The notes: a model not told the origin generated them from the letters alone. DNA of 64,000 bases from Candidatus Latescibacterota bacterium (GCA_965205485.1 OZ242180.1:2304001-2368000), one strand, 5' to 3'. Shown: positions 26,711-37,580, numbered from the stretch's first letter. Numbers and translations are program-made.

Positions 26711-29700
26711 TTATCCGTCCGTCCGCTCGCGCCGTTCGCGAAGACCGGCTGCCAGCAGGTAGAGCAGGGGCGTCAGGCCGAGCGCGAGTATTACAATGCC
26801 GTTCCACTGAAAAACCGTGTCGGTTGTCCGTTGAATGAACGCGATTCCCGGGCCAAGAATGAGCTTTCCGGACCAGATCGCGACAATATAAGCCATCAGG
26901 TTGAACCGGATCAGCCAGGCGACGAGGAAAACCAGTACGCCAAGAGCGAAGAGTTCCAGGCCGGCCAGCACGGCGAAATGATAGAAACTCCTGGCGGGCG
27001 CGATCGCATCCTCAGACAACAGGGCGACCGCGATTCCGGCCACAATCAGCCACGGGCGTTTCACCCCGGCTTTCCAGACCAGCAGTAGAGCCAGCACGGC
27101 GAATGGATTGATCAACTCCAGGGCAGTGCCGACGGCGGCGCTGAAGAGCGGAACGTAGGTATTGACCCGTGGAAGGTTGAATCCGCCCGCCTCCAGGTAC
27201 TCCGTCAAGCCGTTGTATTTCACGTATATTGCGAGACTGTCGGCGCCGGTCCGAAGAAGCAGAAACGCCGCCGCCAGAACCAGCGTGCCCGCCCAGAAGC
27301 GAAGGCCGCCCTCCCGCATCCGCAGGAGTCCCAGCCATCTGCCGGCTCCCATCTCCTCTGGATAGAGCGACCCTTTCATCGCCATCATCAGCGCGAACAT
27401 CGCCGCTATCGCCAGCCCCGTCATCGGCGTCCCGATCAGCAGGCCGACGCCCTGGATACCCAGATAGGTCATCATCGCCTGGCTCGTATCGTAACCGTGG
27501 AAGAAGGTCGGCAGGGAATTGATCCAGTTCAACAGGGACAACAGGACGACCGCAATGCCGATGCCAATCGGCAGCCTCCAGTGGATTTCCCCTGCCCGGT
27601 ATTGACGGAAGAAATAGACCCCCGCCAATATAAGCGTCGCCAGCATCAGGAGAACCGGCACCATCGAGGCCAATTCCTGCCGGGCACCCCGTTGTTTGAG
27701 GGATCGCAGGAACTCCTCCGGCGCTTTGTAGTGCGCATTGAAGAGGCCCACCTCGTCGCCCTGTACGCGAACCTTCAGCCGGAACTCGCCATCCTCGATC
27801 TTCCGGTCGATCCGCTCCCACACGAAGTGATGGTCCATCCGTTCCTTTTCTTTTTCCGATCGGGCTTCCAGCAGCTTGTATTGCGTGGTATCCGTGACGG
27901 AGCGGGAGAACGTATGCTCGACGAACGCCTCCGCCTTCGCGCGCGCGTCGTCGGACTCCAGCTCCGGCCCCGCGCGCGTCTCGGGTATGATGTGGTTGAA
28001 TCCCGCGACCTGTCCGGACGCGTCCACGCGGACCTGGATCTCCTCCTTCTCCATCGGTTTGAACCATCGCACGTGCCAGTACCACGGCGATGTGTTCTCC
28101 ACCATCAGGGAATCGGCACGCGCGACCCCCGCGTTTCGGATCAGATGCGTGTAGTGGGAAGAGCCGACCCCACTTCGAAACTGGACCGACCTGCGGTAAT
28201 CCGACACGTCCAGTCCCATTTCGGCACAGAAGGCCTCCGCGATGCCTGCGGCCTGGCTCCGGGTCACCTCCAGCTTCAATGAGCGGGCGCCGAACCGGTC
28301 CACGCGGAATCCGATCATCAGCGCGATTCCCGCGACGGCGCAGAGGCCGGCGACAATCCATCTCCTTTTGTCCGGCAGATAGGAATCGGGCTCTCTTTCA
28401 TCCACGTCCGGCCGTACGGGCTCGGGCGCAGGTTCCTCTATTTCGGCAGGTTCGTCCGGCGCCTCCACGTCGTCGTCGTCGGCTTCAGGGGAACGGGCTC
28501 TTCCGGTCAGGACCGCGAACGCCGCCGGGATGGCCGGCACCAGCAGAATCCCGATGACGAGCACGCCGGACACCTGGAAGTAGAGGCTGGTGGACTTCAC
28601 CATCGGCAGCGCTACGATGAAAGCATTAATCGCGTAGTGGGCGATGATGGGCGCCCATATCCCGAATCGCAGGAACAGGATTCCGAAGAGGATACCGATG
28701 ACCGTTATCTCTATTCCACGTATGTATATGGGCTCGTGGGGATAGTTTGAATGCAGGAACGCCCACACAATCGCGGGAAGCAATACCGCCAGCCACGGTC
28801 GTTTCAGCCATCTGATCAGCAGGGGAATCGCCAGCAGACGGAAGAAAAACTCCTCGACCGCCGCGGCTGACAATCCGACCAGCAACGGGTAGATCCAGGG
28901 TATGGCCGTGCTGAATGCATTGTTGTACTCGCTCACGTCCGCGGGCACCCAGACGTCGAAATACCGTCCGCCCAGCAGATAGAACACGGCGACGTAGCCA
29001 AGCACGGCCCCGGCGGCGCCGTAGCCCACAACGGTGGACCGCAGGAAACCGGCCGAAAACACGCCCCTGAGCGACAGCCGGCCGAGCGGGCTCGCCCGCC
29101 GCTCGGACAACACGTCCCTCTCGAGAACGCCGCCAGCCGTCCCGGCCAGGCAAACGATGCCGCCGTTGACCGCCGCGATCAGAACGGCGCTGAAAAGAAG
29201 CGTCACCAGAAAGGCGCCGTAGGAGACCGTTGTTTCGAAATTATACAACGAGAGAGGCAGGGCGTTGACGTTCGCCGCAAACCAGGCGATGGCCACGAGC
29301 GTTCCGACGATCAGTCCGGCCTGCCAGCGCAACCGCTTTCTGCGATAGTTCTTGACCAGAATCACCAGCATGGCGACGCCCAGCGCAAGCCAGAACGGCA
29401 GAAACACCTGCGTCAACAGATTCGCCCGTGAGCGCACCTCGCGGTAACTCCGGGAGAAGCTGTCCGGTACTTTAAGGTACTCGCTGAACTGTCCGATACG
29501 GTCCCCGTGAACCACGACGTCCAGCCGGTAGTGTCCGTCGTCTCCAACCGTGAAGTCCTTCTTCCGAAAGGCGAACCGGTGATCGACCCGGGCTTTGCGT
29601 TCCGTGCTGGACCGGTCGATCAACTCGTAGGCGTCCAGGTTGTACCCCTGGGTTTTCCGCAGGAACTCCGATGCGATGACCAGAGCGTCGTCCTGCGCGA

Positions 29701-30118
29701 TGCTCGCGCCTTCGTCCGATTCCAGGATGCGGTGCGAGAATCCGACGATTCGTCCACCCGGGTCCAGCCCCACCCGAAGTTCCTCCTTCTGCAGCGGCTT
29801 GAACCACCTGACGCTCCAGGACCAGACCGACAGCCAATCCCTCGCCAGCCGGCTGGTCTCCTCCAGGCCCAGCGTCTGCTCCAGGAAAATCTGCTGCATC
29901 TGGCTGCTTGAAAATATCTGGGCGCTCTGGTATTCGGCGAGATCGTACCCCAGATTCTCAAGGTAGCCCTGCGCCTCGCTGTGTACTTCGTCGCGGCTCA
30001 ATTTGAAGTCCAGCGATGCGGACGGAATCGCCTCAGTGTAGTAATTGAGAAATATCGCCAGCCCGCCCACGCCCAGCACCACGAATACCAGCAGCCACAT
30101 CGCATCACGACGATCCAT
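26711..30118 (-). CDS. Large internally duplicated CPBP (Abi/CAAX) intramembrane metalloprotease
   Basis: EEFFFR, WAFLH and HYAIN motifs; two homologous extracytoplasmic domains; start at MDRRDA after GGAGAGGAG. Confidence 0.85.
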   Translation of the reverse strand: MDRRDAMWLLVFVVLGVGGLAIFLNYYTEAIPSASLDFKLSRDEVHSEAQGYLENLGYDLAEYQSAQIFSSSQMQQIFLEQTLGLEETSRLARDWLSVWSWSVRWFKPLQKEELRVGLDPGGRIVGFSHRILESDEGASIAQDDALVIASEFLRKTQGYNLDAYELIDRSSTERKARVDHRFAFRKKDFTVGDDGHYRLDVVVHGDRIGQFSEYLKVPDSFSRSYREVRSRANLLTQVFLPFWLALGVAMLVILVKNYRRKRLRWQAGLIVGTLVAIAWFAANVNALPLSLYNFETTVSYGAFLVTLLFSAVLIAAVNGGIVCLAGTAGGVLERDVLSERRASPLGRLSLRGVFSAGFLRSTVVGYGAAGAVLGYVAVFYLLGGRYFDVWVPADVSEYNNAFSTAIPWIYPLLVGLSAAAVEEFFFRLLAIPLLIRWLKRPWLAVLLPAIVWAFLHSNYPHEPIYIRGIEITVIGILFGILFLRFGIWAPIIAHYAINAFIVALPMVKSTSLYFQVSGVLVIGILLVPAIPAAFAVLTGRARSPEADDDDVEAPDEPAEIEEPAPEPVRPDVDEREPDSYLPDKRRWIVAGLCAVAGIALMIGFRVDRFGARSLKLEVTRSQAAGIAEAFCAEMGLDVSDYRRSVQFRSGVGSSHYTHLIRNAGVARADSLMVENTSPWYWHVRWFKPMEKEEIQVRVDASGQVAGFNHIIPETRAGPELESDDARAKAEAFVEHTFSRSVTDTTQYKLLEARSEKEKERMDHHFVWERIDRKIEDGEFRLKVRVQGDEVGLFNAHYKAPEEFLRSLKQRGARQELASMVPVLLMLATLILAGVYFFRQYRAGEIHWRLPIGIGIAVVLLSLLNWINSLPTFFHGYDTSQAMMTYLGIQGVGLLIGTPMTGLAIAAMFALMMAMKGSLYPEEMGAGRWLGLLRMREGGLRFWAGTLVLAAAFLLLRTGADSLAIYVKYNGLTEYLEAGGFNLPRVNTYVPLFSAAVGTALELINPFAVLALLLVWKAGVKRPWLIVAGIAVALLSEDAIAPARSFYHFAVLAGLELFALGVLVFLVAWLIRFNLMAYIVAIWSGKLILGPGIAFIQRTTDTVFQWNGIVILALGLTPLLYLLAAGLRERRERTDG

Positions 30119-30333
30119 CAACCACTCCTCTCCAGGGAAATTGAAAACTTGGAAATAGACGCCCGCAATGTATATAGACGGTGAGCGCGGACACAAGGAA
30201 AAACCCCGGCGATCAATCCATTCGATTCGGTTGCCATCCGTTTTGTTTCGTCCTATCTTGAGGTCTCCGGCAGGCGCGCGATTGTAACGCATGTACGGAT
30301 TCGACTGTTCAGATGCTACAAAGGAAATCGCCA

Positions 30334-31425
30334 TTGACGACCCATTCCGGACTTCCGGATACCATGGCTGCGGTTGTCTGCCACGGACCCGGGGACTACC
30401 GCCTGGAAGAGCGACCCGCGCCGAAACCGGGACCCGGGGAAGTCGTCATCCGCGTTCATTCCGCGGGCATCTGCGCCAGCGATCTCAAATGCTATCTGGG
30501 CGCACCGCTCTTCTGGGGAGACGAACACCGCGAGGGATACTGCCAGGCGCCTGTAATTCCCGGCCATGAATTCATCGGAGAGGTTGTTCTTCTCGGCCCG
30601 GGCGCCCGCGAGAAATACGGACTCTCCATTGGCGATACGGCGATCTCGGAACAGATCGTCCCGTGTCATGCGTGCCGTTACTGCCGGCGCGGCCAATACT
30701 GGATGTGCATGCGGCACGACATCTACGGCTTCCGTCAGAACACCTTCGGCGCGATGGCAGAATTCATGCGTTTTCCCGCCGACGCCCTCAACTATGAAGT
30801 TCCCGCGAGCATCCCTCCCGATCAGGCCGTGTACATCGAGCCGCTGGCCTGCGCCATCCACGCCGTGCAGCGGGGCGAAATCGAACTGGACCACACCGTG
30901 GTCATCGCCGGCGCGGGACCGCTGGGGCTGGGGATGGTCGCAGCCGCCCGGCTCAAGAATCCCCGGCTGCTGATTGCCCTGGACCTCAACGACGACCGTT
31001 TGGACGTGGCGCGCGCCTGCGGCGCCGACCTGGTCTTGAATCCCGGAAAGACGGACGTCATCCACGAAGTGCGCCACCTCACCGACGGGTATGGCTGCGA
31101 CGTATACATCGAAGCCACCGGGCATCCCGCCGCGGTGGAACAGGGTTTGCACATGATCTGCAAACTGGGCACATTTGTCGAGTTCAGCGTCATGCGAGAG
31201 CCGGTAACAGCAGACTGGACCATCATCGGCGATACCAAGGAACTCAACATCCACGGCGCCCACCTGGGGCCCGGCTGTTACCCGGTAGCGATCGATATGA
31301 TCCGGAAGGGTCTCCTGCCGATGGATCGCATCGTGACCCATCGGCTGCCCCTCGAGAGGTTCCAGGACGGGATCGACCTCGTCGCGGCGGGCGACCGTTC
31401 AATCAAGGTTACGGTTGAGCCGTAG
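30334..31425 (+). CDS. eltD: Zn-dependent polyol dehydrogenase, erythritol/L-threitol dehydrogenase-like
   Basis: AVVCHGPGDYRLEE, GICASDLKCY.GA..FWGD, GHEF, structural Zn Cys cluster, DWTIIGDTKEL; start codon uncertain. Confidence 0.75.
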   Translation: MTTHSGLPDTMAAVVCHGPGDYRLEERPAPKPGPGEVVIRVHSAGICASDLKCYLGAPLFWGDEHREGYCQAPVIPGHEFIGEVVLLGPGAREKYGLSIGDTAISEQIVPCHACRYCRRGQYWMCMRHDIYGFRQNTFGAMAEFMRFPADALNYEVPASIPPDQAVYIEPLACAIHAVQRGEIELDHTVVIAGAGPLGLGMVAAARLKNPRLLIALDLNDDRLDVARACGADLVLNPGKTDVIHEVRHLTDGYGCDVYIEATGHPAAVEQGLHMICKLGTFVEFSVMREPVTADWTIIGDTKELNIHGAHLGPGCYPVAIDMIRKGLLPMDRIVTHRLPLERFQDGIDLVAAGDRSIKVTVEP

Positions 31426-31537
31426 ATGGGACGCGGCGGAAATTCCACAAACGCGGTATCAGGGTCGTTTTAACGGTTGACCTTTCAATTTGCCACAATA
31501 TGCACCGAATGAACAGGCGCAGGTCGATGTCCGGACC

Positions 31538-31566
31538 GTAGGGGCAGGTTTCAAACCTGCCCCTAC
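31538..31566. repeat. GTAG-type REP palindrome
   Basis: Perfect 13-bp stem GTAGGGGCAGGTT-TCA-AACCTGCCCCTAC. Confidence 0.8.
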
Positions 31567-31617
31567 CCGCCCTGTCTGTATTAAGCCGATTTTCAAAATT
31601 GACCAGGAGAGGAAAAA

Positions 31618-33678
31618 ATGAAAGAAACAGGGAAACTGATCCGTCGTAAACTCACGATCAACGTTGCCGGCGTCGCCGAAAGCCTATGTGACTTTCCGCT
31701 TCTCGTGGTCATCCGGGACGACGCGCTGAAATCAACTGAGAATGGCGGCCATGTTCTCGGGGACGACGGGAGCGACATCCACTTCGTCACGGGCGGAGGC
31801 GACGCGCTGGCGTACCGTATCGAGTCCTACTGCCCCGAAAGCGGCGTCCTCAGGGCACGAGTCAGAGTGGCCTCGTTCTCCTCGGAAACGTCGCTATATC
31901 TGTGCTACGGGGAAGCAGCGGTCTCATGCCAGGATCCGGTCTGGGATTCGCACTATGCGCTGGTCCAGAGTAACGGCGACGCGATACGTTCCGAACCGTT
32001 CGACCGCGTTGAAGCCCTGACCGTTGAAGCTTGGGTCGAAACCGACCAGGCCAATACGGACGCCTTCCAGGCGCTGGTCTCCCGGTGGACGCTGCGATCG
32101 ACGATGGATACGTTCGAGTCCTACGACGCCGGGGAAACAAACGGCCTGGACACCAAAGGCTATTTCGGCGCCGTCTCGGACGGGCGCTACGTCTACTTCG
32201 CGCCGCAATGCAATGCTTCCCAGGAGCGCCACGGCCAGGTCCTGCGATACGACTCCCGGGGCGGGTTCAACGATCCTGAAAGCTGGCAGGGGTACGATGC
32301 CGGTTGTACGGACGGCCTCAACACGAAAGGGTATTACGGCGTCGTGCACGCCGGTAACTATATCTACTTTGTCCCGCGCACCGACGGCGAGACCCTGCAC
32401 AGCCGTTTTCTGCGTTATGACCGTCGGGGGGAATTCCGGGATCCCGGCAGCTGGGAGGCGTACGACATCGGGAGAACCATGGCCTGCCAGAGCGCCGCGT
32501 ACGACGGGCGATACATCTACCTCTCACCGGGATACTACGGTGATTCGGGCGAATCGGGGAGAGCCGTACGCTACGATACCCGGGGCGGCTTCATGGATCC
32601 GGACAGCTATGTGATCTTCGATGCCGGAAACACGGACGGGCTGGATGCGAAGAACTACGACGGCGCCACCTTCGACGGGCGTTACGTCTATTACTCGCCG
32701 CTCAATGACCGCGGGATCGTTCTCCGCTACGATACCCGCGCCGGGTTCGACGATCCGGCCGCCTGGCAGGCCCTGGATGCCAGCGTTCATGGAATGGGGA
32801 TGTGCGTGGGCGCCGTATTCGACGGCCGCTACGTCTACTACGTCCCTTACGCCCACAGCAACGCCGTCAGATACGATACACGGGGCGACTTCAGGGACGC
32901 AGAGAGCTGGGAAGCCTGGGATGCAGCCGGTACGTCCGGCCTGCATACAAAGGGCTACGACGGCGCGGCCTTCGACGGCCGGTACGTCTACTACATTCCG
33001 TTCTACGAGGGCGACGAAGACCAACGCGGGTTCCACTGTCGCGTGCTGCGTTACGATACCTGCATGAACTTTAACGACGCGGCCGCGTGGGATGCCGCCG
33101 ACGGGGGCGTCTTTACCTACCCGCCGAACCCCGGCGGATTCAATGGGGGCGCGTTCGACGGACGCTACGTGTACTTCTCCCCGTGGCGCGAAGATCCGGA
33201 CGAAAACGACGATCGCGAATACACTCCGCATGGAAAGGTGCTGCGCTACGACACCGCGGACGACGCTTCGTTCATCCTCAAATACGCGGAATGCGGTCAC
33301 AATGGCGGCCTCTGCGCATCGCTGCCGGGACCGACCTTCACCATTAACACGGACAACGGAACACGCAGCGTACGGGCCAACAGGACGCTACCCCCGGGCC
33401 GGCATCATCTTGCGGGGGTATACAACGGTAAACGGGTAACGCTTTACATTGACGGTACGGCCGTGGCTTCGACCGAAGCAAGCGGTCCCGTTCAGTCAGG
33501 TAATGCACCTGTGGCCATCGGCCGCCTCGCGGGCGGTGGAGCGCATTTTCTGGGCGAAATCGGAGAAGTGCGTATCTCGACTGCCGCCCGGTCGGATCGG
33601 TGGATCGATGCGACCCATCGGAACCTTGCGAATCCGGCGGAATTCGTACGCCTTGGACCGGAAGAAAAAACGGGGTGA
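31618..33678 (+). CDS. DUF2341-like + LamG protein with inserted FDGRYVY-repeat beta-propeller
   Basis: DFPLLV...DGSDIHF N-terminus; seven G..(F)DGRYVY(Y/F).P...LRYD repeats; LamG motifs LTVEAWV and HHLAGVYNG..LYIDG..GEVRIS. Confidence 0.7.
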   Translation: MKETGKLIRRKLTINVAGVAESLCDFPLLVVIRDDALKSTENGGHVLGDDGSDIHFVTGGGDALAYRIESYCPESGVLRARVRVASFSSETSLYLCYGEAAVSCQDPVWDSHYALVQSNGDAIRSEPFDRVEALTVEAWVETDQANTDAFQALVSRWTLRSTMDTFESYDAGETNGLDTKGYFGAVSDGRYVYFAPQCNASQERHGQVLRYDSRGGFNDPESWQGYDAGCTDGLNTKGYYGVVHAGNYIYFVPRTDGETLHSRFLRYDRRGEFRDPGSWEAYDIGRTMACQSAAYDGRYIYLSPGYYGDSGESGRAVRYDTRGGFMDPDSYVIFDAGNTDGLDAKNYDGATFDGRYVYYSPLNDRGIVLRYDTRAGFDDPAAWQALDASVHGMGMCVGAVFDGRYVYYVPYAHSNAVRYDTRGDFRDAESWEAWDAAGTSGLHTKGYDGAAFDGRYVYYIPFYEGDEDQRGFHCRVLRYDTCMNFNDAAAWDAADGGVFTYPPNPGGFNGGAFDGRYVYFSPWREDPDENDDREYTPHGKVLRYDTADDASFILKYAECGHNGGLCASLPGPTFTINTDNGTRSVRANRTLPPGRHHLAGVYNGKRVTLYIDGTAVASTEASGPVQSGNAPVAIGRLAGGGAHFLGEIGEVRISTAARSDRWIDATHRNLANPAEFVRLGPEEKTG

Positions 33679-33721
33679 GGCCGGATTGCGCCTTACCCCG
33701 CTCTGGGATCCTGTCCCAGTA

Positions 33722-34624
33722 TTATTTCACCACTCTCCTGCCGATCCTGTTTCCCGCCCTCACGTGCACTTCGATTCCCCGCCGGGAGTCTTCTTTCAGG
33801 TCATCGTCGAAAACGACCGCTCCCGGCTCGAACAGCAGCACAAGCGTGGACCCGCCGAACTGAAAATAACCCTTCTCCTGACCCCGTTCGACCGGTCCCG
33901 GCGTGTACGTCTCAACGATGCTCCCAACCGCAAAGCCGCCTATTTCCAGATAGGCGATCCTTCCGAACCGGTCCGAATCGAATCCGGTTACCGCGCGTCT
34001 GTTCCGCCAGAATACGCCCGGTACCCTTGCAAGGCCCAGCGGGTTGACGATATAGTACCGCCCGGCGACAACGCGCGCCAGCCCGGCCGTTCCGGAATCC
34101 GGAAAGTGGAAACGGTGATAGTCGTACGGCGCGAGCCGCACCACCAGCGCCGAACCTTGCCGATAGGGGCGCGCCTCCTCCGCTGAATCCAGCAGGCGTT
34201 CCAATGGTACAGGCGCTCCCTTGACCGGGATCCCGGCGCCCTCCAGGAGATGCTGAAAGACCATCACCTTGCCGTCCGCGGGACAGGACAACGCTTCGGG
34301 TTCCGGAGCAAACGGCCTGGCGCCGGGTTTCAGGCGGCGGGTGAAGAACGCGTTGAAGTTCGGATACTGCTCCGGGGGATACTCGATCTCTTCCACGTCG
34401 ATGCCGTAGTCCCGCACGAAACGGGAAATCTTCCGGCGGCTTCCGGGCCGCGCCTGCAACCAGCCATAGAACCGGCAGAAGACCGAATTGTTCAGCAGGA
34501 GGTGGAAGAGTCCAAGGGCGAACGAAGACCGGAATACCCGTTGAAAAAACCCGTAGGACAGCGGCTCCGTTATCGTCCGATCCGTTCTTCGATCCCGGTA
34601 CCTGATCTCGAAATCGTCATCCAT
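33722..34624 (-). CDS. psd: Phosphatidylserine decarboxylase proenzyme
   Basis: FNAFFTRRLKPGARP, PADG, RLAPYDYHRFH, FQFGGST autocleavage motif. Confidence 0.9.
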   Translation of the reverse strand: MDDDFEIRYRDRRTDRTITEPLSYGFFQRVFRSSFALGLFHLLLNNSVFCRFYGWLQARPGSRRKISRFVRDYGIDVEEIEYPPEQYPNFNAFFTRRLKPGARPFAPEPEALSCPADGKVMVFQHLLEGAGIPVKGAPVPLERLLDSAEEARPYRQGSALVVRLAPYDYHRFHFPDSGTAGLARVVAGRYYIVNPLGLARVPGVFWRNRRAVTGFDSDRFGRIAYLEIGGFAVGSIVETYTPGPVERGQEKGYFQFGGSTLVLLFEPGAVVFDDDLKEDSRRGIEVHVRAGNRIGRRVVK

Positions 34625-34628
34625 CTGC

Positions 34629-36452
34629 CTATTGATATCCCGGGATGATGGGAAGGACGATGTGGGAAGGATGTTCCGGATCGTGAAACACCGCGTTTTC
34701 CGCGAGGACAACCCGGCGTTCCCGTCCCAATGGGCCTCCTGTATTCGGATTGATGTCGAATCTGGGGAAATTGCTGCTGGAGACATCCACCCTGATGCGG
34801 TGCCCCGCGCCGAATACGGTGGAGGTCGGATACATCACGATTTCCAGTTCATGGATTTCTCCCGGCGACATCAATTCCGGTGTATCCCGCGAGTTCCGGT
34901 AACGTCCCCTGACGATGCTGTCCGTTATAATCTGGGCGAAGCCATCGGGATAATCCTCGTTCTGGGGATGCGCGTCGATCAGTTTTACCGTAAAGTCCGT
35001 ATCCGTCGCAGAGGAAGACGCCCACAGCTTCATCGTCAGCGGTCCCGTGACTTCCAGGGGCTCCTTCAATTCGGGCGTCTGAAAGACGAGGACGTCGCTC
35101 CGCGCCGACAGCGGCAGGCTGTCCCTGCATCCGTAGAAGCGTGAATCGCCTCGCTGGTCGTACGCGCCGGCAACGAGAATCGGATCCCCCGCGGACAGAT
35201 TGCCGCCGACCGTGGGAACCGGATCCCTTGGATCGAATGTGTACCGGCTCGGATCGGAAGGTTCAGGCAGGTCCTCTCCGATGCTGCCGTCCTGGTGCAG
35301 ATAGTACGGCGTAAACCGCGTCCCGTGAAGCGGCCAGTCCTCCACGTCGCGCCAGACGCCCATGTAATTCAGTCGACCCTCCCGGTTCCTGCGGCCGTCG
35401 CCGCCGCCCATCACGAAGATCCGTACCGGCTTTTCGCGGTCGACGCCGTTGTCAATGCCCTTCAACCACCTGTCGAACCAGCGCAGCCGGTATCCGTCGT
35501 AATCGTCCAGGACGGATTCCTGACCGAAATCCACGTCTCCCGCGAACGAGTTCCCCCAACCGCCGTGAGTCCACGGGCCCATCAGCAGATGCTGCGGGGA
35601 TTCCATCCGTTTGGAAAGCGCCACGTAGTTCGCCGTGGTTCCCCGGGTGTAGGTGTCGTACCACCCGCCCAGATATATCGTGGGCACGTCCGCGTGCTCG
35701 TCGTAGTAGTGGTCGATCGCATATCCCCGCTGCTTCCAATATTCGTTGAAGTCTCCTTCTCCCAGAAGATCCAGCACCCACTGTTCATAGGAGGGCAGAA
35801 ACCGAAGGGCGGAAGACCCCTTCCTGTAGGGCGTCCTCGTCAGCCATTCGCCCACCCTCGCGAAGTCCGCGTCCAGCGCGGCCTTCAGCGTTGCATCGGC
35901 GAGCGCTTCCCTGCTTGTCGTCGCCATCCGGAACGCATAGATCATGAACCGCAATTCCAGGGCGCCGTTCTGCCGCATCGAACTGGTGTGATAGTTCGAC
36001 GTACCCACCGCGACAACCATCGCCTTCAGGTGGGGTGGATTCAGCGTGGCAAGCGCGCTCTGGTCGCTTCCACAGTAGGACCCGCCCATTGTTCCCACGT
36101 TTCCGTCGCACCATGGCTGCGCGGCAACCCATTCTACGGTATCGTACCCGTCCGGCGCTTCCTTTGCGAACGGATGCCACGCGCCTTCCGACCCGAAACG
36201 CCCCCGGACGTCCTGGCGCACGGCCACGTACCCTCTCCGCGCGAGATACCGGCCTTCACTGAATTTGGATTCTTTATCGTACGGCGTGCGCTCGATTACC
36301 GCGGGAAACGCGCCCTGCACAATCTCCCCGTGCTTCGCGGGGAAATACAGGTCCGTCGCCAGCTTCACACCGTCCCGCATGGGGACCATCACGTTTCTTC
36401 GGACGATCACATCGTACTCGATCCACGACCCCCGCGCTTCGGTCTCCGCCAT
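34629..36452 (-). CDS. CocE/NonD family hydrolase
   Basis: MRDGVKLATD, RTPY, QDVRGR, GGSY nucleophile, GPWTH, SSSNFPRFD. Confidence 0.93.
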   Translation of the reverse strand: MAETEARGSWIEYDVIVRRNVMVPMRDGVKLATDLYFPAKHGEIVQGAFPAVIERTPYDKESKFSEGRYLARRGYVAVRQDVRGRFGSEGAWHPFAKEAPDGYDTVEWVAAQPWCDGNVGTMGGSYCGSDQSALATLNPPHLKAMVVAVGTSNYHTSSMRQNGALELRFMIYAFRMATTSREALADATLKAALDADFARVGEWLTRTPYRKGSSALRFLPSYEQWVLDLLGEGDFNEYWKQRGYAIDHYYDEHADVPTIYLGGWYDTYTRGTTANYVALSKRMESPQHLLMGPWTHGGWGNSFAGDVDFGQESVLDDYDGYRLRWFDRWLKGIDNGVDREKPVRIFVMGGGDGRRNREGRLNYMGVWRDVEDWPLHGTRFTPYYLHQDGSIGEDLPEPSDPSRYTFDPRDPVPTVGGNLSAGDPILVAGAYDQRGDSRFYGCRDSLPLSARSDVLVFQTPELKEPLEVTGPLTMKLWASSSATDTDFTVKLIDAHPQNEDYPDGFAQIITDSIVRGRYRNSRDTPELMSPGEIHELEIVMYPTSTVFGAGHRIRVDVSSSNFPRFDINPNTGGPLGRERRVVLAENAVFHDPEHPSHIVLPIIPGYQ

Positions 36453-36479
36453 TGCGATCCTCTTCTTGTCGATTCAAAC

Positions 36480-37580
36480 TTATCGCCGGTCTACAAACTG
36501 TCCCGCATCCCGCAGTGCCGCCACACCCGAGCCGCGCGCTTCGAGCGGGAAATCGACCGGCCGGTTGCCCGTCAACTGGGACTGATAGATCGCCATCACC
36601 ATCTCCAGTGATCGCAGCCCAATCCGTCCGTCGCTCCGCAGTTTCCCGCGGCCTTCCAGCGCATCGACCAGTTCGTTCAGCGCGACAACGTACGTGGACG
36701 CCGGCGCCGGGTGGTCGACGGGCGTGTGCTGCAGGGCATGCCACTGAAATCCGCTGTCCGGTTCGTAGTCGTCCTCTACCGCGCTGTAGAGATGGACCCG
36801 TTCTCCCAGAAAACGGATCACGCCCTCGGTACCGCGCAACTCGAATGCATTGTCCGTATAGGATGTCAACTCGGCGCCGTGGACCAGGCCCGTCGCACCG
36901 CTCCTGAATTTCATGATGGCCGCGCCGAAGTCCTCCACGGCCCAGGGACGCATCCGCTGCTCCGCCATCCCGCACATCCATGCCACCTCCCCGGCGAACA
37001 TATCCATCAGGTCGAAGTAGTGGGTAAAGTCGTGCAGGAACGGGCCCTCGTTCTCGCTTCGCCACGAGGGGTCCGGCTTGCCGCCGTCCATATAGCAATA
37101 GACGTGGTTCAGCTCTCCGATCGCGCCGTCCCGCAGCAGACGCAGTCCCAGGTTCCACTCCGGCGACCATCGACGGTTGTGATTGACCTGCAGCAGGATG
37201 CCCGCGTTGTCGCAGGCGGCGATCATCCGGTCGCATTCCTCCAGGGACAGCGCCATCGGCTTTTCGCAGATGATCGCTTTCGTCGCGGGCGCCGCGGCGC
37301 ATGTTTCCACCATTTCGCAATGCAGTTCCGGATGGGTGGCCACAATGCAGATATCGGGCCTGGCTTCGTCCAGCATTCGCCGGTAGTCTTGATAAAGTGC
37401 GTCGATCCCGTATCGCTGCCCGAAGATCTCCAGCTTTTCACGACCCCGGTTCACACCCGCCACGAGTTCACAATCCGGATGTTGGCTCAGGGCATCGGCG
37501 TGGTTGTCCGGCAGGTCCCCGAAACTGAACTGGTACCCCACCCGGCCCGTTCCGATGATCGCCGTTCTATACTTCGCCAT
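36480..37580 (-). CDS. Gfo/Idh/MocA family oxidoreductase
   Basis: IIGTGRVG, ICEKPMA, HDFTHYFD. Confidence 0.9.
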   Translation of the reverse strand: MAKYRTAIIGTGRVGYQFSFGDLPDNHADALSQHPDCELVAGVNRGREKLEIFGQRYGIDALYQDYRRMLDEARPDICIVATHPELHCEMVETCAAAPATKAIICEKPMALSLEECDRMIAACDNAGILLQVNHNRRWSPEWNLGLRLLRDGAIGELNHVYCYMDGGKPDPSWRSENEGPFLHDFTHYFDLMDMFAGEVAWMCGMAEQRMRPWAVEDFGAAIMKFRSGATGLVHGAELTSYTDNAFELRGTEGVIRFLGERVHLYSAVEDDYEPDSGFQWHALQHTPVDHPAPASTYVVALNELVDALEGRGKLRSDGRIGLRSLEMVMAIYQSQLTGNRPVDFPLEARGSGVAALRDAGQFVDRR

